This document shows, piece after piece, positions 35,707-42,771 of a stretch of 64,000 nucleotides of DNA. The position numbers and the translations under genes are program-made. Where the stretch lies: positions 1 to 64,000 of the forward strand of contig WHSL01000003.1 of NCBI GenBank assembly GCA_009380095.1, given 5' to 3'. The DNA is from Streptosporangiales bacterium. GTDB taxonomy: Bacteria; Actinomycetota; Actinomycetes; Streptosporangiales; Streptosporangiaceae. The first letter of the stretch is position 1. The number at the start of each line of letters is the position of its first letter. The notes beneath the pieces are model-generated. The model saw only the letters and a list, made by a program, of their open reading frames with translations. It did no database searches and was not told where the DNA came from.

Positions 35707-37938
35707 TCAGGCCCCGTCGGCGGGGAGCTCGAACCAGACGGCCTTGCCCTCCTTGGTGGGGCGGGAGCCCCAGCGGTTCGCGAGCTGGTCGACGAGGTAC
35801 AGGCCGCGGCCGCCCTCGTCGTTCTCGCCGGCGCTGCGGATCCGCGGCAGCCGCAGGTCCTGGTCGAAGACCTCGACCCATATCGACGCCGCGCCCCGGC
35901 GCAGCCGTAGGGTGAACTCGCGCGGCGCCATCCGCGGCCGCGGCGCCGTGTGGCTCAGCTCGGGCAGGTCCCAGCTCTCGTCGAACTCGACGGCCACCGC
36001 CGGCCCGGCCGCGCCCTCGAAGACGAGCTCCCGCTGCGGGCTCTCGCGCACCGCGTGCAGCACGACGTTCGTGACGACCTCGGAGATGAGCAGGCAGGCC
36101 AGCTCCCCCTGGGCGCGGTCGACCTTCCACTCGGCAAGGGTCTCCGCGGCCATCCGCCGCGCCTCGCCCACCATGATCGGCTCGGCGGCGAACGTACGCT
36201 CCCGGGACGCGAGCTCGACCGCGCTGGTACGGACCACCAGCACCGCCATGTCGTCGTCGATGTCGCCGGGCACCGCGTCGGAGGCGGCGTCCGCGATGTG
36301 CTCGACGTCGAAGTCGGCCACCTGGTTGAGCCGCTCGCGCAGCATCTCCTGGGCCAGCTCCTGGTCGATGGTGCCGCCCATGGGCCGCCGCTCGACGAGT
36401 CCGTCGGTGTAGAGGAGCAGCGTGGCGCCGGGCGGCAGCTCGCGCATCTCCTCGGTGTAGATGGCGTCCGCCGAGGCGCCCTTGACCCGGGCGCCGAGCA
36501 GCACCCCGGGATCGGACATCTCCACGAGGCCGGCCTGGCCGTCCACGATCTGGAACGGGATGGCGTGCCCGGCGTTGGCGAACGACAGCTTCCGGGACCA
36601 CGCGTCATACACCATGTAGATGCAGCTCACGGTGGGGACGCGGATCTCCCCGTCGGGCTCGGCCTTGCCGAGCATGCGCACCCACTCGTCCAGCTTCTGC
36701 AGGATGTCCGCGGGCGACTTGTCGTCCTGCGCGAAGGCCCGTACGGCGGCCCGGAGCTGCCCCATGACCGCCGCCGCGTGCGCGCCGCGGCCCTCCACGT
36801 CGCCGATCACGATGCCCACCCGCCCCGCGGACAGCGGGATCACGTCGTACCAGTCGCCGCCGACCTGGGTCTGAATGCCCTGGCCGTGCGACTCCAGGGG
36901 CTTGGCGGGGAAGTAGCGGCAGGCGATGGTGAGCCCGTCGAGGTCCGGGATGTCGCGCGGCAGCAGGCTCGTCTGGAAGGCGAGCGCGGTGTCCCGCTCC
37001 TCCTCGAACAGCCGCGCGTTGTCGATGGCCAGCGCCACCCGGGAGGCCACGGCGCCGACGAAGTCCTTGTCGAAGTCGTCGTAGTGCCGGTAGCGGCGCT
37101 TGGCGATGTGCGACAGCCCGAGGCACATGACGCCGAGCAGCTCCCCGCGCGCCCGCAGCGGCGCGGCGATCACCGAGGTCATGTGGATGTCGGTGGCGGC
37201 CTTGAAGCTCCGCTCGGTGGGGGCGGGGAAGGTACGGCCGCCGCGCAGGTCCTCGATCACGATGGTCTCGAGGCGGTCCATGGCCTTCTTGCAGAAGTGC
37301 CCCGGCGGATACACGATCTCCTCGCCCACCGGGACCCAGGAGCCGGGCGGCGGCACCCAGTTGCCGGCGTGCATGGAGACCCGGCGGATCAGCCGGTCGT
37401 TCTCGAAGAGGTCGATGAAGCAGTGGTCGGCGAACTGCGGGACCAGCGTGGCCGCGACCGCCTGCACGGTGGACTCGAACTCCAGCGAGCCGGCCAGCCG
37501 GCCGCCGATGCGGTCGAGCAGGCCGAACCGGTCCTCGTCGCGCCGGTTGTCGCGGAGCGCCTCGTGGGCGAGGATCACGATGCCCTCGATGGCCCCGGAG
37601 GGGTGCTTGAGCGGCACGGCCTGGGCCCGTACGTAGATGCGGCTGCCGTCGGCCTTCTGGTTGGTGAACGTGCCCTGCCAGGTGTCGCCCCTGAGCACCC
37701 GCATCGCCAGGGCCTGCGCCGCCTCGTGATCCTCCTCGGCGATGCCCATCTCCAGCGCGGACATGCCGATGTAGTCCTGGTCCGGCGCGAAGCCGAACAT
37801 CTCGGCGGCGAACGCGTTCCAGTACAGGAGGTTGCTGAACCGGTCCGTCACGATCACGGCGATCTGCGCCTGGTCGAGCACCGTGTCGGCGGGCAGCAAG
37901 GGATCCGTCTGGTGCGGCATCTCACCCCGATGCGTCAT
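35707..37938 (-). CDS. PAS-GAF-PP2C (SpoIIE-type) phosphatase with C-terminal RsbW-like HATPase domain
   Basis: PP2C metal-binding motifs (GGDWYDV, GIVIGDVEGRGAHAAAVMGQLRAAVR, DGLVE); C-terminal GHKL N-box (EVVTNVVLHA); ATG at 37936-37938; the ORF-track start is upstream. Confidence 0.8.
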   Translation of the reverse strand: MTHRGEMPHQTDPLLPADTVLDQAQIAVIVTDRFSNLLYWNAFAAEMFGFAPDQDYIGMSALEMGIAEEDHEAAQALAMRVLRGDTWQGTFTNQKADGSRIYVRAQAVPLKHPSGAIEGIVILAHEALRDNRRDEDRFGLLDRIGGRLAGSLEFESTVQAVAATLVPQFADHCFIDLFENDRLIRRVSMHAGNWVPPPGSWVPVGEEIVYPPGHFCKKAMDRLETIVIEDLRGGRTFPAPTERSFKAATDIHMTSVIAAPLRARGELLGVMCLGLSHIAKRRYRHYDDFDKDFVGAVASRVALAIDNARLFEEERDTALAFQTSLLPRDIPDLDGLTIACRYFPAKPLESHGQGIQTQVGGDWYDVIPLSAGRVGIVIGDVEGRGAHAAAVMGQLRAAVRAFAQDDKSPADILQKLDEWVRMLGKAEPDGEIRVPTVSCIYMVYDAWSRKLSFANAGHAIPFQIVDGQAGLVEMSDPGVLLGARVKGASADAIYTEEMRELPPGATLLLYTDGLVERRPMGGTIDQELAQEMLRERLNQVADFDVEHIADAASDAVPGDIDDDMAVLVVRTSAVELASRERTFAAEPIMVGEARRMAAETLAEWKVDRAQGELACLLISEVVTNVVLHAVRESPQRELVFEGAAGPAVAVEFDESWDLPELSHTAPRPRMAPREFTLRLRRGAASIWVEVFDQDLRLPRIRSAGENDEGGRGLYLVDQLANRWGSRPTKEGKAVWFELPADGA

Positions 37939-38094
37939 GGGCAAGCCACCTCGCCGCCGTTTGCGCGGTGACGACGAACGAGAGTCACGGGCGCTCCTTG
38001 TGAGCAAACAATACGCAGGAGTGTGCCGTGCGTGCTGCCAGGATTCAATGAAGTGACGGCGATCGCCGGTGTGGGCGCCCGTTCTGCGGGGAAA

Positions 38095-38799
38095 TCACCG
38101 TCTGGAGACGTAAACGTGATCGGCGATGCGGAGTGGCAGCTCCGCCGGGGGTGTTTCCGCCTGCTGATCACATGTCACCCGCACACCGTCATCACCGCTC
38201 GCGAGAGTGACCTCGCGACCGGGTTGTATCCCGACCTGCTTGAGTTTAAGCATCGAAGCGGCGTCGTTCTGCACTTGTTCACCGATTCGCCGCACCACTG
38301 CGGGCGTGCCGCCCTCGGTGGCGACCGCGGACATCGCCGCGAGCGCCTCTCCGGCCTCCTGCACCTGGTCCGGCGCGCCCAGCTCGTCCAGCCCCGGGAT
38401 GGGGTTGCCATGCGGGCAGCTGCGCGGATAGTCCAGCAGCTCCACCAGGCGCCGCTCCACCGCCTCGGACATCACGTGCTCCCAGCGGCAGGCCTCGATG
38501 TGCACCTCTTCCCAGGGCAGGCCGATCACGTTGATCAGCAGGCATTCGGCGAGGCGATGTTTGCGCATCACCTGGATGGCGAGGTGACGGCCGTGGCCGG
38601 TCAGCTCGAGGTGGCGGTCGCCCTCGACGTGCAGCAGCCCGTCGCGCTCCATCCGCGCGACGGTCTGACTCACCGTCGGGCCGCTCTGCTGCAGACGCTC
38701 GGCGATCCGCGCACGCAGCGGGAGGATGTCCTCCTCCTCGAGTTCGAAGATCGTCCGGAGGTACATCTCCGTCGTGTCGATCAGCCCGTGTGCGGTCAC
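38095..38799 (-). CDS. ideR: Iron-dependent repressor IdeR (DtxR family) with SH3-like C-terminal domain
   Basis: DtxR HTH (RIAERLQQSGPTVSQTVARMERDGLL), metal-site residues (HxxxE...CRWEH), C-terminal SH3-like domain; GTG at 38797-38799. Confidence 0.85.
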   Translation of the reverse strand: MTAHGLIDTTEMYLRTIFELEEEDILPLRARIAERLQQSGPTVSQTVARMERDGLLHVEGDRHLELTGHGRHLAIQVMRKHRLAECLLINVIGLPWEEVHIEACRWEHVMSEAVERRLVELLDYPRSCPHGNPIPGLDELGAPDQVQEAGEALAAMSAVATEGGTPAVVRRIGEQVQNDAASMLKLKQVGIQPGREVTLASGDDGVRVTCDQQAETPPAELPLRIADHVYVSRR

Positions 38800-38863
38800 A
38801 ATGGCCTCCTGGTACCTGCTTCGATGCTACGCGGACAACGTGAGTTGAAGGGGTTCGATCGCC

Positions 38864-39541
38864 ATGTCAACAGGGGGGTCCAAGACCGGGCGCGCGGCGC
38901 GGTCCGCCGCCGACTTCGTCCCGCCGGGCGCCGACCTGGGCGGGCTGCGCGAGGCCGCCGCCGACTGCCGCGGCTGTGACCTGTACAAGGACGCCACGCA
39001 GACGGTGTTCAGCAGCGGCTCGGCGACCGCCCGGGTGGTGCTCGTCGGGGAGCAGCCGGGTGACCAGGAGGACCGTCAGGGCGAGCCGTTCGTCGGCCCG
39101 GCCGGGCGGCTGCTGGACCGGGCGCTGCGCGAGGCCGGCATCGAGCGCGGCGACGCGTACGTCACCAACGCGGTCAAGCACTTCAAGTTCACCCAGCCCG
39201 AGCCGGGCAAGCGGCGCATCCACAAGACCCCGTCGGCGGCCGAGGTGACCGCCTGCCGCCCGTGGGTGGTGGCGGAGCTGCACATCATCGACCCCGAGGT
39301 GATCGTCGCGCTGGGGGCCACGGCCGGGCGCGCGCTGCTCGGGCCGTCCTTCCGGGTCACCAAGCAGCGCGGCCTGCTGCTGCCCCGCAAGCCGCTGGGC
39401 CCGGGCGACGACGCCACCCGCAACGACGCGTACGTGGTCGGCACCGTGCACCCCTCAGCGGTGCTCCGCGCCGACGACCGTGACGCCGCCTACCAGGGGT
39501 TCGTCGCCGACCTCCGGGTCGCCGCCGACGCGCTGGGCTGA
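38864..39541 (+). CDS. udgX: Family 4-like uracil-DNA glycosylase carrying the UdgX-type KRRIH loop (predicted covalent-trapping UDG)
   Basis: Motif A GEQPG(DQED); 4Fe-4S Cys pattern (CRGCDLY...C); motif B HPSAVLR; insertion GKRRIHKTPS matching the KRRIH hallmark of UdgX. Confidence 0.7.
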   Translation: MSTGGSKTGRAARSAADFVPPGADLGGLREAAADCRGCDLYKDATQTVFSSGSATARVVLVGEQPGDQEDRQGEPFVGPAGRLLDRALREAGIERGDAYVTNAVKHFKFTQPEPGKRRIHKTPSAAEVTACRPWVVAELHIIDPEVIVALGATAGRALLGPSFRVTKQRGLLLPRKPLGPGDDATRNDAYVVGTVHPSAVLRADDRDAAYQGFVADLRVAADALG

Positions 39542-39565
39542 CCCGGGGCGCGGCGGCCCGGTGAC

Positions 39566-40864
39566 TCAGGACTGCTGCGAGCCGTCCCGGGGCGGGAGAT
39601 CCCTGCGGGTGTCGTAGCGCAGGAAGGACGGCACCAGAGCGGCCACGATCACCACCAGGACCACGCAGAGCACGCCGCCGCCGACCCAGGACGCGGTGGC
39701 CCCCACCGCGGTCGCCATCACGCCCGCGCGCAGGTCACCGAGGCGCGGGCCGCCCGCCACCACCACGATGAACACGCCCTGCAGCCGGCCGCGCATCTCG
39801 TCCGGCGCGTACGTCTGCAGGATCGTCTGCCGGTAGACCGCGGAGATCAGGTCGGCCGCGCCGGCCACCGCCATCAGCAGCACCGCCATCCACAGGCTGT
39901 GCGCGAACCCGGCGAACGCCACCGCGACGCCCCAGGCCACGATCGCCACCACCAGCGCGAGGCCCTGCCGGTGCACCCGGCCGATCCACCCGGAGAACAG
40001 CCCCGCGATCACCGAGCCGATGGAGATGGACGCGAACAGCCAGCCGGCCGCGCCCGGGCCGCCGAACTCGGTCTCCGACACCTCGGGATAGAGCGCGCGC
40101 GGCATGGCGAAGACCATCGCGATGATGTCCACCACGAACGACATCAGCAGCACCGGCCGGGTGCCGAGGAAGGCGAGCCCCTCGATGACGGCCTTCAGCC
40201 CGGGCCGCCCGACCATGCCGGACAGCGGGGGCAGCCGCGGCAGCCGTACGGCCGCGTACAGGCCGACCGTGAACAGCGCGGCGTCGATCCCGTACGCCAC
40301 CGCGTAGCCGGTGTAGCCGCCGATCGCGCCGAGCAGCCCGCCCGCGATCAGCGGGCCGATCACCGTCGCCAGCTGCTGCACGGTGAAGTTCAGGGTGTTG
40401 GCGGCGGGCACCAGCTCCACCGGCAGCAGCCGGGGGATGATCGCGCCACGGGTGGGGGAGGAGATCGCGAAGCCGATCGACTGCACCACCACGATGGCCA
40501 TCAGCACCCCGACGCTGTGCACGCCGAACAGCGTCTGCGCCAGCAGGGCGACCGTGGAGATCCAGGTGATCATCGAGGCGATGAGCAGCAGCCGGCGGCG
40601 GTCCATGGCGTCGGCGACCGCGCCGCCCCACAGCCCGAAGATGACCAGCGGCACCAGGTTGGCGAAGCCGAGCATGCCCACCCAGAACGAGGAGTGCGTG
40701 AGCGCGTACGTCTGCAGTGGTACGGCCACGCTGGTGAGCTGGAAGCCGATCGCCGAGACTCCCTGGCCCAGCCAGAGCCGCCGGTAGTCGTGGTCGCGCA
40801 GCGGCCGGGTGTCGACGGCGGCCCTGCGGAACAGCCCGCCGGCTCCCCCCGATCTCCACGTCAT
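39566..40864 (-). CDS. MFS transporter (12 TMS; EntS/enterobactin-exporter-like family)
   Basis: 12 predicted TM segments; N-terminal DYRRLWLGQGVSAIGFQ; the ORF-track version is overextended with an Arg-rich leader; ATG at 40862-40864 overlaps the pdxH stop (ATGA). Confidence 0.75.
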   Translation of the reverse strand: MTWRSGGAGGLFRRAAVDTRPLRDHDYRRLWLGQGVSAIGFQLTSVAVPLQTYALTHSSFWVGMLGFANLVPLVIFGLWGGAVADAMDRRRLLLIASMITWISTVALLAQTLFGVHSVGVLMAIVVVQSIGFAISSPTRGAIIPRLLPVELVPAANTLNFTVQQLATVIGPLIAGGLLGAIGGYTGYAVAYGIDAALFTVGLYAAVRLPRLPPLSGMVGRPGLKAVIEGLAFLGTRPVLLMSFVVDIIAMVFAMPRALYPEVSETEFGGPGAAGWLFASISIGSVIAGLFSGWIGRVHRQGLALVVAIVAWGVAVAFAGFAHSLWMAVLLMAVAGAADLISAVYRQTILQTYAPDEMRGRLQGVFIVVVAGGPRLGDLRAGVMATAVGATASWVGGGVLCVVLVVIVAALVPSFLRYDTRRDLPPRDGSQQS

Positions 40865-41508
40865 GGCGAGAGCCGTTCCAGCACCCAGTCGCCGTCCGTC
40901 CGCCGGTAGCGCAGCCGGTCGTGCAACCGGTCGCCGCGGCCCTGCCAGAACTCCATCTCGTACGGGCGCACGCGCAGCCCGCCCCAGAAGTCCGGCAGCG
41001 GCACCTCGGTGCCCTCCGGCCAGCGCCGGGACAGCTCCGCGAACCGCGCGTCGAGCTCGGCGCGCGAGCCGATCACCGCGGACTGCCGGCTGGCCCACGC
41101 GCCGATCTGGGACCCGTACGGGCGGCTGCGGAAGTACGCGGCGCTCTCCTCGCGGGGCAGCTCCTCCACCTCGCCCGTCACGATGACCTGGCGGCGGATC
41201 GGGTGCCACGGGAAGACGAGGCAGGCGCGCGGGTTGGCGGCGATCTCCCGGCCCTTGCGGGAGGTGAGGTTGGTGTAGAAGACGAACCCGGCGGAGTCGT
41301 ACGCCTTCAGCAGAACCGTGCGCCCGCGCGGCACCCCGTCCGGGGTCGCCGTGGTGAGGACCATCGCGTTGGGTTCGGGCAGGCCGGAGCCGGCGGCCTC
41401 GTCGAACCAGACGCGGAACTGGGCCACGGGATCGGTCGCGGCTTCGGCCTCGTCGAGACCGATGCCCTCGTACCGGCGGCGCAACTCCGCCGGATCGCAG
41501 TGCTCCAC
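40861..41508 (-). CDS. pdxH: Pyridoxamine 5'-phosphate oxidase
   Basis: PNPOx signatures (MVLTTATPDGVPRGRTVLLK..., FYTNL.SRKG, C-terminal EFWQGR..DRLHDR..Y). Confidence 0.85.
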   Translation of the reverse strand: MEHCDPAELRRRYEGIGLDEAEAATDPVAQFRVWFDEAAGSGLPEPNAMVLTTATPDGVPRGRTVLLKAYDSAGFVFYTNLTSRKGREIAANPRACLVFPWHPIRRQVIVTGEVEELPREESAAYFRSRPYGSQIGAWASRQSAVIGSRAELDARFAELSRRWPEGTEVPLPDFWGGLRVRPYEMEFWQGRGDRLHDRLRYRRTDGDWVLERLSP

Positions 41509-41639
41509 GTCACGGAAGTTTCACACGTTCGGGCGGCCGGGGTGGCACCGGGGGCGACACGTGCCGGTTCTTCCGGTCGGCAGCACGTGTTACTAGGCGT
41601 TAACCTGACGCGGTTGAATGGAACGGAAGCGTTTTCACG

Positions 41640-42764
41640 ATGGAGACGGAGGCGGTCGATATGTCGGACTTCAAGCCCGGTCTCGAAGGGGTCGTGGCGT
41701 TCGAGAGCGAGATCGCCGAACCGGACAAGGAGGGCGGCGCCCTCCGCTACCGGGGTGTCGACATCGAGGAACTCGTCGGCCACGTCTCCTTCGGCAACGT
41801 ATGGGGGCTGCTGGTCGACGACAGCTTCGAGCCCGGGCTTCCCCCCGCGGAGCCGTACCCGATCCCGGTGCACTCCGGCGACATCCGGGTGGACGTGCAG
41901 AGCGCGCTGGCCATGCTCGCCCCGGCCTGGGGCCTGAAGCCGCTGCTGGACATCAGCGGCGAGCAGGCGCGGGACGACCTGGCGCGGGCCTCGGTGATGG
42001 CGCTGTCGTTCGTGGCGCAGTCCGCCCGCGGCCTGGGGCAGCCGATGGTGCCGGAGCGCCGGATCGACGAGGCCAGGACGATCGTCGAGCGGTTCATGGT
42101 GCGCTGGCGGGGCGAGCCCGACCCGCGGCACGTGAAGGCCGTGGACGCGTACTGGACGTCGGCCGCCGAGCACGGCATGAACGCCTCCACCTTCACCGGC
42201 CGGGTCATCGCCTCCACCGGCGCCGACGTGGCGGCCGCGCTGTCCGGCGCGGTGGGCGCCATGTCCGGCCCGCTGCACGGCGGCGCACCCGCGCGGGTGC
42301 TGCACATGATCGAAGAGGTGGAGCGGATCGGCGACGCGCATGCCTACGTCGTCGGCGCGCTCGACAAGGGCGAGCGGCTGATGGGCTTCGGCCACCGTGT
42401 CTACCGCGCCGAGGACCCGCGGGCCCGGGTGCTGCGGCGCACCGCCAAGGAGCTCGGTGCTCCGCGGTACGAGGCGGCGGCCGCGCTGGAGAAGGCCGCG
42501 CTGGACGAGCTGCACGCCCGCAAGCCGGACCGCGTGCTGGCCACCAACGTGGAGTTCTGGGCCGCCATCGTGCTCGACTTCGCCGAGGTGCCGCCGCACA
42601 TGTTCACCTCGATGTTCACCTGCGCCCGTACGGCCGGGTGGGCGGCGCACATCCTCGAGCAGAAGACGACCGGGCGGCTGGTACGGCCCAGCGCCCGCTA
42701 CATCGGCCCGAAGAGCCGCTCGATCACCGAGGTCACCGGCGCAGACAAGATCCTCGCCTCCTGA
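41640..42764 (+). CDS. citA: Citrate synthase (type II-like, short form; CitA-like)
   Basis: Citrate synthase catalytic residues (GPLHGGA, GFGHRVY, ...D...); 374 aa. Confidence 0.85.
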   Translation: METEAVDMSDFKPGLEGVVAFESEIAEPDKEGGALRYRGVDIEELVGHVSFGNVWGLLVDDSFEPGLPPAEPYPIPVHSGDIRVDVQSALAMLAPAWGLKPLLDISGEQARDDLARASVMALSFVAQSARGLGQPMVPERRIDEARTIVERFMVRWRGEPDPRHVKAVDAYWTSAAEHGMNASTFTGRVIASTGADVAAALSGAVGAMSGPLHGGAPARVLHMIEEVERIGDAHAYVVGALDKGERLMGFGHRVYRAEDPRARVLRRTAKELGAPRYEAAAALEKAALDELHARKPDRVLATNVEFWAAIVLDFAEVPPHMFTSMFTCARTAGWAAHILEQKTTGRLVRPSARYIGPKSRSITEVTGADKILAS

Positions 42765-42771
42765 CCGACGG

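Noticed and set aside
38800-38863. IdeR box in the ideR/udgX divergent region
   Set aside because: There is no clear match to the TTAGGTTAGGCTAACCTAA consensus by eye. This is left as a check, not a call.
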